A stretch of DNA of 64,000 nucleotides from Macrostomum lignano. Taxonomy: Eukaryota. Below, in pieces: positions 12,209-25,900 of the stretch. The notes beneath the pieces are model-generated. The model had not been told where the DNA came from and ran no database searches. It saw only the letters and a list, made by a program, of their open reading frames with translations. The translations under genes and the position numbers were made by a program. The stretch is taken from positions 76,021-140,020 of the forward strand of contig NIVC01001233.1 of the NCBI GenBank assembly GCA_002269645.1. Direction: 5' to 3'. Positions within the stretch are counted from its first letter, which is position 1, and every line of letters begins with the position of its first letter.

Positions 12209-15200
12209 ATGGCAGAAGTGGGCAACCTATTGGACTTTGGTACACCTGATGAACAAAACCAAGCACAAGTAAGAATTTGACTTTAATAAAGTTGCAAAAA
12301 ATTGCCAGGGCAAACCAGATTGTTGACCTACTAAGACAGGAAGAAATTGATATGCATTTTACATTTTTTAGAAGATTCAGACATTTTGCATCTTGCCTTT
12401 ACTATTACATATTTAATTTCAGGCTGCCATTGAGCCCAACACAGATAATCTGCTAGACTTTGCTAACAATGAGGATAGTGCCATTGAAGTAAGTATTTGA
12501 GCTAATTGTATGCTTTGCTTTGTATTAAAACAGTATATCTTATAAACATTGATATAATTCTGCTTTTCTTTGCTTGCTTTATATATAGATGCTGTGTGTT
12601 GTCATGTAGAAGTTATTATATCATATTAAACACCAACTACTTATGTATTATTATAATAATGTACTTCTTTAATGTGGTGCACCCCTATCTATTATATGAC
12701 AACTTACACAAGAAATTTATTTGAAATTTCCTCGTCAAAAAATTTCAGGACTTCCCATCAGCAATTTGAATTGCATATTGAAAATCAGCTGTTAAATGTT
12801 TTTATTTAACTAATTCTGTATCCATTGTTGACTCATGCTTTCTTCTATAGTCTAATTAAGATATTAACAATTCTGACTATATGAATTTTAACTTAGCTTA
12901 GTAATAACCATTGAGTACTTTTGAGCACACTAGATTTTTATTCTAACATCCGCTGACCCTAAATTAGACATTTTTCTGTTGCACACATTTTTACACAACT
13001 AAGCAAACTGCATTGCGCACATATGGTACGTGCCCTGCTGCTGCACCTGTGGATTTAATTACACACTGGGCCAGCTCAGTTGCTGCCGTCTGTGCATTGA
13101 ATTTTTCATTGTTTATAATAGTTGATCCAGCATGAATGCAGGATATGAAGCTTAATCATCACCCTCTAACTAGTGCTTTTCAATGCAAGAGCTTCGAACT
13201 ACCCCATATGCCTGTATATTATTACAATGTGTGCCAGTGCGGATCATTAGTGCAACCATGCCATTGACTTATTTATTTGGTTTCACCATTCCAAACTGCA
13301 TTTGAAATTTTCTTTATGAATTCCTGTGTTTTTTCGTTTAACCGTCAGTCTTGTTACATATTAACGCCTATTGTTTATTATGAATTTGTAAATCTGTTTT
13401 ATTTGTTCGGAGTTATAGCGCTAGCGCTGGCTGATACTTGCAAGGAGAAGGGGGTGCTCAACCCTAGTGCAGTGCGTCACCCGCCCAATTCGAGATAAGA
13501 GGCGTTGGGTCTGGGTGATGTTGAAGTCTGCATCATTCTCTCTCTCTCTCTTTCTCTCTGTGTTTATGACCACTCCATACTCAAGCCTGAGTCAGACAGA
13601 CGCACAGCCGGGTGTGTTCTCAGTGCTCAGTCTATTCATTGTATACAAAATTTCACCCAGACACAATAACAAATAGTTTTTTGGCCATTATTCCACACGG
13701 GGCATCACAAACCCGAAATATCACAGACCCGAAATATCACAGACCCGAAATATCATAACTCCGAAAACCAAAATAGCAACACCCAGCACAAACCCGAAAC
13801 ATCATAACTTCGGGTTTGTGATATTTCGGGTTCATGATGGGAAGTGCTTTCGGAGTTGTGATGTTTCAGGTTTATGATGGCGACCCCAAAACGCTTAATA
13901 CACACTTAGCAAAATGTTAAGAGTTTCCACCCCAAAACCACTGGTCAACTTGTCTCAGATCTCAGCCCTTAGGCCTTAGAGACGCAGTTGAAATCAAATC
14001 GAACTCTTAATTACCTGCACAGTGAGGGCGTGGAGAAAATCTGGCGTATTCTATTTTTAGCAACACATTCTATTCAGTTTACGGCTTCTACACATGTATG
14101 CCTAAAGAAATACAGTAACGCTATAGCCATTTTGCACAGTAAATATCTGCTTATTTAACTGCGCAATAAGGACTGTAACAGGTCTTTCTAGCTATATATG
14201 TTAGTCAACGTAAATTCTGACTGCGTAGGAAGCGAATATAGTTGCGTAAATAACTTTATTTGGTTCTAATTTATTAGGAAATATGATGGATGGCTTTAGT
14301 GGCGGCTTGATGAACGAATTATTGTTTGAGTTTCATGAGTGTTTGCCTTCGTTTTCAGAGCCAATCGGCACTTCCAGATTTGGAAGCGGAACCGACAGAA
14401 ACAACAACGGAAGCAGCAGAGCCTCAGGAGCAGCTCACCGAACTGGTCGAGGGGGAAGAACGCGAGGCCGACGTTTGCGAGACAGTTGGTGAGGCCTGCT
14501 GACTGGCGGGGCGAGGCGCGGTAGAGAGGAGAGGAGTAGTCAATGGAGATAGGTAGAAGGCGGAGAGGAGAATAGTAGACAGCGGAGAAGAGGATTAAAC
14601 AGCGCAGAGGAGTAGACAGCGGATAGGAGGAGTAGACAGCGGAGAAGAGGAGTAGACAGCAGAGAGGAGGAGTAGACAGCGGAGAGGTGGAGTAGACAGC
14701 GGAGAAGAGGAGTAGACAGCGGAGAGGTTGAGAAGACAGCGGAGAGGAGGAGTAGTCAGCGGAGAAGAGGAGCAGGCAGCGGAGAGGTTGAGAAGACAGC
14801 GGAGAGGAGGAGTAGTCAGCGGAGAAGAGGAGCAGGCAGCGGAGAGGTTGAGAAGACAGCGGAGAGGAGGAGTAGACAGCGGAGAAGAGGAGCAGGCAGC
14901 GGAGAGGTTGAGAAGACAGCGGAGAGGAGGAGTAGTCAGCGGAGAAGAGGAGCAGGCAGCGGAGAGGAGTAGACAGCGGATAGGAGGAGTAGACAGCGGA
15001 GAAGAGGAGTAGACAGCAGAGAGGAGGAGTAGACAGCGGAGAGGTGGAGTAGACAGCGGAGAAGGAGCTGACTGTGGAAAGGAGTAGAGAAGGTAGAGAA
15101 GGGAAAAGAAGAATAGAGGGGGTAGTGGAGTAGATCGGAGAGAAGACTGGACATAGGACCGTATGCGGCAATAATGGTAATAACAGGCGGTAGAAAGAAA

Positions 15201-16442
15201 GTGGGTCATGGCAGGGTTTGACGTCAATTTTTAGTATGCCATGTCTATTGCTCTGCATGCGTGTGGGTGTACTAAATACGCACAGCAGTGTGGCAATCAA
15301 GAGAAACCTGACATGTAGTTAGCTTACAGATAGGCAGTTCAAGTGTGCTAGGAGTTCTTCGGTCAGCTGCCAGCACGCAGCCCCGCTGCATAATTGAGTG
15401 CGCCGACATTGCTCACCCGATCCCCGCTGCTTTATTAATTCTGTTTACCTGTTTATCCTGTCCGATCTGACTGGCTGTCTCGCCTTTTTATCTCTCTTTT
15501 TGTTCTATTTGAAGCGTATCAGCTCTGTGCAGCTGCTGGAGCCAGCGGCCAGCTCAACCAGGTAAGACCCTCAGGCACCCAGGAAGTTGCATCCCGGGCT
15601 TATCTGTGAGGATAAGCCCAAATCTGAGAGGAAATGGGAGAAAATAGAAGGTGATAGATGAGAGACGGGATGAGAGAAGAGATAAGAGAGGAGATTAGAG
15701 AGAAGAGAGCTGAGAAGAGACGCAAGCATTGAGCGGGCCGGATTGCTATTGTGAAGTTTCAAAGGACCCGAGGGCCGGATAGAGAGGCTTCGCGGGCCGG
15801 AGTTTGCCGACCCCCCCCCCCCCCCCCGGTCTTAGCTGCACTCTTGTACTGCAACTAGTTTTTATCTTTCACTCACCAATATGGTCTTCCATTCACTTGC
15901 GTTCATTTAATTTATGTGTAATGTGTGTGAAATTCTTTTTTTTAAGAAAGAGTTTCTTAAAGCTTTCACTTACGCGGCCTCCTTGCTGATAACCAGTTAG
16001 CAGCCTTACGGCTGGGACTACAGTGCTCTACTGCGGCAGTGAGAGAGAGACGGAGAGCAGTCCAGATAAGACTGGGCTGCTATATCTCTTATAGCTCTCA
16101 CATGCAGGTCAGGGTTTTCCCTAATTTTTCATATCTCTTATGTAGGCCAGTCACCATGGCATGTTCTGTCTGCTCGGGGTTTTATGTACCTAAGTCATGC
16201 GGCAGCTTGAGGTTGGAAGGCTACTACTGTGAGCTCAAGTTTTGTGCCCCTTAAACTCCTGCTCATAGTAACTGGTTCTATTTCTTGTCTTTATAGCCGG
16301 GATTTGGGATGCTGGGGCCTCTTCCTACCCCTTACTGCTGTGAGCACTAGGAGCTTGAGCACTGGGGAAAGAGAGCTTGCTCAGTCATGGAATGCGAGGG
16401 TTGGAATATGGAATTGTCTATCTATTTATCTATCTATCTATA

Positions 16443-16477
<35 letters not shown>

Positions 16478-16495
16478 ATATCTATCTATATATCC

Positions 16496-16582
<87 letters not shown>

Positions 16583-16611
16583 CATCTATCTATCTATCTA
16601 TCTATATATCC

Positions 16612-16653
<42 letters not shown>

Positions 16654-16691
16654 ATATCTGTCTATCTATCTATCTATCTATCTATACATCC

Positions 16692-16742
<51 letters not shown>

Positions 16743-16771
16743 CATCTATCTATCTATCTATCTATATATCC

Positions 16772-16807
<36 letters not shown>

Positions 16808-16811
16808 GTCC

Positions 16812-16857
<46 letters not shown>

Positions 16858-16884
16858 ATATCCATCTATCTATCTATCTATCTG

Positions 16885-16937
<53 letters not shown>

Positions 16938-16943
16938 ATATCC

Positions 16944-16992
<49 letters not shown>

Positions 16993-19900
16993 GACTTGAC
17001 TAAAGTAACTATCTTATAGCTAAGAAAATATTTTGGGATAAGAGTTTCCTATCCATATTTCAAGTCAGGCAGCAGTCCATGACTGCGGCAAGTGCAAAGG
17101 CTCGCCGCCCGCCCACAGCGTGAGTCAGCTAGGGCTAAAATAGCTTTCAATGCAAATCGTGCCGCCGGCCACCAGTGGCTCATGAAGGCCGGCAGTCGCT
17201 GTGTGGTGTCAGTTCTTTTCACTCCCAGCTGCGCATTTGGGTGCACCGGCGCTGTACACACTGGGAACTCCGGGAACACTTTCTTCGCATCTGCGTTCTC
17301 TGCTCTCGCTCTCAGTCACCCTCTTCCCAGTCTATCTTCCTCCCCTCTCACACACGCAGCTCTTACCGAGCACCCTTATCCCGATCGAATATTCCGCTTC
17401 TGGGTGCAGCCTTGGAGCGGCAGCGATCGATAAATGTGCTTTCTGCGCTCAGTTTTAGCCTCTACCAAAATTCTTTGCTCGCTGTTGGGCTCAATGGGAA
17501 TAGGAAGGCTTTCTGAAGGCTAACTTGAGTATGTTTATTGATTCACAGATTGCTCATTAAGGATCCTCATGTATATATATTTCCAGATCGATGCATGCGC
17601 AGGCCTATTCTTTATCCATTTATCCATAGTCATATGATTGGTCATACTTATTCCCTGTAGCTATTATGATCGGTCATTGGAATTCCCCTGTAGCTATTAT
17701 GATCGGTCATTGGAATTCCCCTGTAGCTATTAGGATCGGTCATTGGAATTCCCCTGTAGCTATTATGGTCGGTCATTGGAATTCCCCTGTAGCTATTATG
17801 ATCGGTCATTGGAATTCCCCTGTAGCTATTAGGATCGGTCATTGGAATTCCCCTGTAGCTATTATGGTCGGTCATTGGAATTCCCCTGTAGCTATTATGG
17901 TCGGTCATTGGAATTCCCCTGTAGCTATTATGGTCGGTCATTGGAATTCCCCTGTAGCTATTAGGATCGGTCATTGGAATTCCCCTGTAGCTATTATGAT
18001 CGGTCATTGTCATTCCCTGTAGCTATTATGATCGGTCATTGGAATTCCCCTGTAGCTATTATGGTCGGTCATTGGAATTCCCCTGTAGCTATTAGGATCG
18101 GTCATTGGAATTCCCCTGTAGCTATTATGATCGGTCATTGGAATTCCCCTGTAGCTATTATGATCGGTCATTGGAATTCCCTGTAGCTATTATGATCGGT
18201 CATTGGAATTCCCCTGTAGCTATTATGATCGGTCATTGGAATTCCCTGTAGCTATTATGATCGGTCATTGGAATTCCCCTGTAGCTATTATGATCGGTCA
18301 TTGGAATTTCCCTGTAGCTATTATGATCGGTCATTGGAATTTCCCTGTAGCTATTATGATCGGTCATTGGAATTCCCCTGTAGCTATTTTGATCGGTCAT
18401 TGGAATTTCCCTGTAGCTATTATGATCGGTCATTGGAATTCCCCTGTAGCTATTATGATCGGTCATTGGAATTCCCCTGTAGCTATTATGATCGGTCATT
18501 GGAATTCCCCTGTAGCTATTATGATCGGTCATTGGAATTCCCTGTAGCTATTATGATCGGTCATTGGAATTCCCCTGTAGCTATTATGGTCGGTCATTGG
18601 AATTCCCCTGTAGCTATTAGGATCGGTCATTGGAATTCCCCTGTAGCTATTATGGTCGGTCATTGGAATTCCCCTGTAGCTATTATGATCGGTCATTGGA
18701 ATTCCCTGTAGCTATTATGGTCGGTCATTGGAATTCCCCTGTAGCTATTGTGATCGGTCATTGGAATTCCCCTGTAGCTATTATGGTCGGTCATTGGAAT
18801 TCCCCTGTAGCTATTATGATCGGTCATTGGAATTCTCCTGTAGCTATTATGATCGGTCATTGTCATTCCCTGTAGCTATTATGATCGGTCATTGTCATTC
18901 CCTGTAGCTATTATGGTCGGTCATTGGAATTCCCCTGTAGCTATTATGGTCGGTCATTGGAATTCCCCTGTAGCTATTAGGATCGGTCATTGGAATTCCC
19001 CTGTAGCTATTATGATCGGTCATTGGAATTCCCCTGTAGCTATTATGATCGGTCATTGGAATTCCCCTGTAGCTATTAGGATCGGTCATTGTCATTCCCT
19101 GTAGCTATTATGATCGGTCATTGTCATTCCCTGTAGCTATTATGATCGGTCATTGTCATTCCCTGTAGCTATTATGATCGGTCATTGTCATTCCCTGTAG
19201 CTATTATGATCGGTCATTGTCATTCCCTGTAGCTATTATGATCGGTCATTGTCATTTCCTGTAGCTATTAGGATCGGTCATTGCATTTCCTGTAGCTATT
19301 AGGATCGGTCATTGTCATTCCCTGTAGCTATTATGATCGGTCATTGGAATTCCCCTGTAGCTTTTATGATCGGTCATTGGAATTCCACTGTAGCTTTTAT
19401 GATCGGTCATTGGAATTCCCCTGTAGCTATTAGGATCGGTCATTGGAATTCCCCTGTAGCTATTATAATCGGTCATTGGAATTCCCCTGTAGCTATTAGG
19501 ATCGGTCATTGGAATTCCCCTGTAGCTATTATGATCGGTCATTGGAATTCCCCTGTAGCTATTATGATCGGTCATTGGAATTCCCCTGTAGCTATTATAA
19601 TCGGTCATTGGAATTCCCCTGTAGCTTTTATGATCGGTCATTGGAATTCCCCTGTAGCTATTATGATCGGTCATTGGAATTCCCCTGTAGCTATTATGAT
19701 CGGTCATTGGAATTCCCCTGTAGCTATTATAATCGGTCATTGGAATTCCCCTGTAGCTTTTATGATCGGTCATTGGAATTCCCCTGTAGCTATTATAATC
19801 GGTCATTGGAATTCCCTGTAGCTATTATGATCGGTCATTGGAATTCCCCTGTAGCTATTATGATCGGTCATTGGAATTCCCCTGTAGCTATTATGATCGG

Positions 19901-22900
19901 TCATTGTCATTCCCTGTAGCTATTATGATCGGTCATTGTCATTCCCTGTAGCTATTATGATCGGTCATTGTCATTTCCTGTAGCTATTAGGATCGGTCAT
20001 TGTCATTCCCTGTAGCTATTAGGATCGGTCATTGTCATTCCCTGTAGCTATTATGATCGGTCATTGGAATTCCCCTGTAGCTATTATGATCGGTCATTGG
20101 AATTCCCCTGTAGCTATTATGATCGGTCATTGTCATTCCCTGTAGCTATTATGATCGGTCATTGTCATTCCCTGTAGCTATTATGATCGGTCATTGTCAT
20201 TCCCTGTAGCTATTATGATCGGTCATTGTCATTCCCTGTAGCTATTATGATCGGTCATTGTCATTTCCTGTAGCTATTAGGATCGGTCATTGCATTTCCC
20301 GTAGCTATTAGGATCGGTCATTGTCATTCCCTGTAGCTATTATGATCGGTCATTGGAATTCCCCTGTAGCTTTTATGATCGGTCATTGGAATTCCCCTGT
20401 AGCTATTATGATCGGTCATTGGAATTCCCCTGTAGCTATTATGATCGGTCATTGGAATTCCCCTGTAGCTATTATAATCGGTCATTGGAATTCCCCTGTA
20501 GCTATTATAATCGGTCATTGGAATTCCCCTGTAGCTATTATGATCGGTCATTGGAATTCCCCTGTAGCTATTATGATCGGTCATTGGAATTCCCCTGTAG
20601 CTATTATAATCGGTCATTGGAATTCCCCTGTAGCTTTTATGATCGGTCATTGGAATTCCCCTGTAGCTATTATGATCGGTCATTGGAATTCCCCTGTAGC
20701 TATTATGATCGGTCATTGGAATTCCCCTGTAGCTATTAGGATCGGTCATTGTCATTCCCTGTAGCTATTAGGATCGGTCATTGTCATTCCCTGTAGCTAT
20801 TATAATCGGTCATTGGAATTCCCTGTAGCTATTATGATCGGTCATTGGAATTCCCCTGTAGCTATTATGATCGGTCATTGTCATTCCCTGTAGCTATTAT
20901 GATCGGTCATTGGAATTCCCCTGTAGCTATTATGATCGGTCATTGGAATTCCCCTGTAGCTATTATGATCGGTCATTGGAATTCCCCTGTAGCTATTATG
21001 ATCGGTCATTGGAATTCCCCTGTAGCTATTATAATCGGTCATTGGAATTCCCCTGTAGCTATTATGTTCGGTCAATGGAATTCCCCTGTAGCTATTATAA
21101 TCGGTCATTGGAATTCCCCTGTAGCTATTAGGATCGGTCATTGGAATTCCCCTGTAGCTATTAGGATCGGTCATTGGAATTCCCCTGTAGCTATTATGAT
21201 CGGTCATTGGAATTCCCCTGTAGCTATTAGGATCGGTCATTGTCATTCCCTGTAGCTATTATGATCGGTCATTGTCATTCCTAGATAGGCTGTTATGATC
21301 TTTCATTTTCACCCTCATATAGGCTATTATGAGCGGTCATTATCCAATCATCAAAGCCTTGCAAGGCCTAGAATTGTCATTTTTATCGTTCAGTGAACAA
21401 TTCACGATTTTAAATTTAGTCACTCAGCTCTGTTGCAACTCAGTCACTCTGTACTGTCATATTATTGTGATTATTTTGCTTCTGCATCAACTGAACTTCC
21501 TCAGAGGAGGCTCAATCGCCATTGGAGCCAGCCGAATCCGGCACTGTGCAGCAGCAGGAGCAGCAGCAGGATCCAATCATCGAACTGGACAGTCCAAATC
21601 CTGCCGACACCAGCGGCATGGCGGAGCAGCAGCAGCAGCAAGGAGACGAACCCGCCGCCATTGACTTCGGCAGCATTCTGTCCGCCGACGGGCAGTCAGT
21701 TGCCAACAACGAGGAGGTCAAGGTCGACGTTGATGCCGATGTCGATGTCAGGGCCGATGCGTCAGTATTCGACAATCGACAATATGAAGTTGAATCCAGC
21801 GGCGGTGGAGTGGTGAGTGCTCAGTGGATTTGGGAATTCCAGTCTGGCTATGCGCCTTATGCTTAAGCATGAACTCATTGTTTTTGTTGAATTATGGTCT
21901 GTTATGACTTATTCGATTCTCATTGGCTGGTGCTGGGTGTACACTGTCTCGCCATTTTGAACTGTCCTTTCTTCCTAATCCGACCCCGCTCGACTCTCAT
22001 TGGCTGGTGCTGGGTGTACACTGTCTCGCCATTTTGAACTGTCCTTTCTTCCTAATCCGACCCCGCTCGACTCTCATTGGCTGGTGCTGGGTGTACACTG
22101 TCTCGCCCTTTTGAACTGTCCTTTCTTCCCACCCCGCTCGACTCTCATTGGCTGGTGCCTTTTTCAGATCTAACTTATGTTATTATTATCTACTTTTCCT
22201 TGCATGCGACTTCCGTTGCCTAAGTGTTTTTACCTTGATTAATACCACTTTCCTACGTTATTTTCTATACCTGTGCTTGTGAATGGCTATTTCTGAAACC
22301 TGACTCTTGCTAAGTAATTAACTAATATAATTAATACTGGCAACAATAATGTACTACTCTGGTTTCCTCACATCCAGCCAACCTTTTGCTGCACTGGTAA
22401 AACTACTAAGTCTTAACTCTATTGAAACTAGGCATCCTAGAACTAGTGCTAATGACCCGTTTTCTCTTGCACACTACCTGGATTAACCTTACAGTCATGA
22501 ATCACAGTTAACCCATTCAACTGATTATTACGCGGTCAAAACAATTTACACTCATTGTTTGTTGTGTCATATTTTTATTTTGAGTTAATGGTGTGAGATG
22601 GGGTCTTGATGTGCCAGGGTGGTCCAGCGCGGCGCTCTGATGTGCCAGCGGCCCAGGCTCGATTCCAAGTGCAGTCACATTAATTTGGGGCTGAATTAGA
22701 ATCTTGGCTTGGCTCTGCTCGTGCAGTTAACGCCCTTGAGGGCAAACCCCCCCTCCAAAGGCACAGTAAAGTGTACATGCCTAACGATAAAAAAGATTAG
22801 GACCGCTGTACACTCCTGTGTGAGTGCGTGCCTGTGCGTATGACTGCGTACGTATCCGCACGCTTGTGTGCCTGCTCAGGGGAGTCGGCGGAATGGGCAG

Positions 22901-25900
22901 TAATGCCTCTCGCCGGTTGTGTGACAATGTCGCTTAAAGTGCGCCAGGGTGCACACAGCCCCCTGTCTCTAACTAAGAAACTAACTCAATATTGGTGACA
23001 GATTTCTTCAGTAAAAGTTTTAACGCTACTGACAGTAATAACATGCAGCTATAACAAGCGTATTTAGCTACAGCTTTAGTGCATAACATTGCGAATCTAC
23101 GATTAACTAACGCAGGAAATCTCTCTGCGCCCCAAATCGGAGCACGATTGGAGCACCAGCACCAAGTCTGTTGCCATGCAGTACAGCAATTCGACTCATA
23201 ATTCTTCTGGCAACGCAACGGCGGAAGTTTCTTCTCAGTCCAGAAATTCTTTCAATGTAAAAGCCCACACGTGCGCTGGCGCATGCTGTTTAGTCAGATT
23301 ATATTCTCAGATCACGCTGTTTCGGCAGCCCTGTGTGCTAATTTCATTGCGTTCCTAATTTTTATGACGATTGAAATCTTAGTCATCAGCTTGATATTTG
23401 TTGCCCATGGCAACGATTTGATTGTTGATTCAGCCTACTTTTTGTGTAGTATTATTCAATCTATTTAAATCCCCTTTGTTGTTGTCCAAGAAAACTTTGG
23501 TGCTAAGTTGTACCGGCTCGCATCACAGATACTAGAATAAAAAGTTTAACTAGATGGGCCACTCAGCACATTTGCGTGCAAGCTACTTTCAGGTCAGTAG
23601 CAAATTAAACAGAAGCATTTTAATGTATTTTTAAAGCTAAGGCTCATTTTTTGGCTTTTACCCTTTAGCTTAAACCCTCCAACCGCGCCTTTCCACACTA
23701 CCCCCCTCGCCCCGCCCCAATTTATATTGCCTTTCGGAATTCCAGCCTAAAGCTGCCATGTACATTTCAGTGGACTGGCCAATGTACGTTGTTGCTGAAC
23801 CAATTAGCAAGTTGTTTACGCCTGCAAGCTTGGCTTCTAAACTTATCAAAGTCGTTTCAACTGGCTTTATTTTTATAAAATAGCTTATGTATTCTTATTT
23901 GCTACTGAACAGAAAGTAGAAAGCTGTTTTACTAAGTATCTATGCCTGAGTGGCCCATGTAGTTATTTTTGTATCTGTGCCCTCTCCTGATTCATCTGTT
24001 TAGAACTGCTGTGAAGATAGAATCTTTATTCTTGAAAATAATTATTATATCGAAATTCATTATTGATGTTCGAAATTTATCTAGAAATTGTAAGTTTACT
24101 GCACCAAGCATATAAACACCTGGTTTGATTCCGTGGGCGGCCACATTCATTTGGGGCTTGTACACGAAAAATGGCTGAGGGGCCAACCCCCAAAGTACAG
24201 AGGGTGCACATGCGTGACAATTAGAAATTCAAACAAAAATCAAAGAACCGCTGTACACCTTGTGTGAGCGTGCATCGAAGGTTAAGGCTGGTTTTCTAGT
24301 GCTATTTTTAGCAACAATTGACTGGTCCTATTTTTTTAACCAATCAGCGGGCGCGTAGGGGTTAGAGAAATTATTTATTGGTTTCGATTTAGCAAAACTG
24401 CATTTATTATATGCTTTGTAACTTTTCACTCTGACCAAGCGTACACTAGCTTGGTATGCTGTTCTCGCGAACAGAATGTCACACAATTGTCAATTTCATA
24501 TATACTAAAAATGAAATGTCTGTAACTATCTAGCTATGCGATAGATTTCAGAAAAAGTGGCTCAACCGATTTTCTTCAAACTTGCACCATTTGATCAGAA
24601 ATTTTCCTGGGACGGTACATGCATCTTGGCTAAGAAATTGCTCAATTTTAAAGGGATTAAATATTCGAAAAACATGCTTTTTTGCAAAGGTCAAGCAGCT
24701 CTTTCGACCTGAAATGAATTGTAAAAATGCGAAAGAAAAAACTGACTGACTGAATTTCAATTGTGATAAAGATTGCATCACAACAAGATGAAAACAGTGT
24801 CGAAAAAATGCACACAAGACTTGATTGTAATTGCGTAACCATATTGCTAACTTGAATTGAGACTGATACTGGCTGACTGAGAAATTGATTATGTCATAAC
24901 TTTTTACTCTAACTGACTTGCTATAAGAATTGAATTATAAGGGCCACAATACATGTTCTCCAATTGAAAAGAGATAGCCAAGATGGGAACAGACTGGACT
25001 GCTAATGTAGCGACCTGGGTTCGAATCTTAGTAGTGCAAAAACATTTTTTTATTAAAACACTTTAAAACACAAAATGCTAAACATAAAAGAAGCGCAATG
25101 TCAAATATAAAAGAGCCACCATGCCAAACAAAAAAAAAGTGCCACCATGTAGAACACAGAAGAGACACCATGTCAAACATAAAAGAGCCACCATTTCAAA
25201 CATAAAAGAGCCACCATGTGAAACATATACGTGACTCAATGTCAAACATTAAAGAGCCACCATGTCAAACATTAAAGAGCCACCATGTCGAACATAACAG
25301 AGACAACATTTCAAACATAAAAGAGCCATCATGTCAAACATAAAAGAGCCACCATGTCGAATATTAAAGAGCCACTATGTCAAACATAACAGAGACAACA
25401 TTTCAAACATAAAAGAGCCATCATGTCAAACATTAAAGAGCCACCATGTCGAACATTAAAGAGCCACCATGTTGAACATTGAAGAGCCACCATGTCAAAC
25501 ATTAAAGAGCCACCAAGTAAAATATAAAAGAGCTACCATGTCAAACATAAAAGAGCCACCATGTCGAACATAACAGAGACAACATTTCAAACATTTAAGA
25601 GCCACCATGTCAAACATAAAAGAGCCACCATGTCGAGCATAAAAGAGCCACCATGTCAAACATAAAAGAGCCACCATGTCAAACATTAAAGAGCCACCAT
25701 GTCAAACATTCAAGAGAAACCATGTCGAACATAACAGAGACAACATTTCAAACATTTAAGAGCCACCATGTCAAACATAAAAGAGCCACCATGTCGAGCA
25801 TAAAATAGCCACCATGTTGAACATTAAAGAGCCACCATGTCAAACATTAAAGAGCCACCATGTCGAGCATAAAAGAGCCACCATGTCGAACATAAAAGAG

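Noticed and set aside
14296-15300. 334-aa Leu/Ser/Pro-rich minus-strand ORF (also 63195-63845)
   Set aside because: Reverse complement of purine-rich repeats, which cannot contain stop codons.
15515-15561. Candidate extra LIM-gene exon with a strong CAG|GTAAGA donor
   Set aside because: The 47-nt form breaks the frame; a 39-nt form (15523-15561) fits the phase but has a weak acceptor and no supporting homology.
16229-17019. Long YLSI-repeat ORFs
   Set aside because: Translation of the (CTAT)n microsatellite, open in three frames.
17648-21255. [11 protein letters not shown] / [11 protein letters not shown] / [12 protein letters not shown] repeat ORFs
   Set aside because: Products of the 33-bp satellite, open on both strands, frameshifted by 32-bp units, inside an intron.
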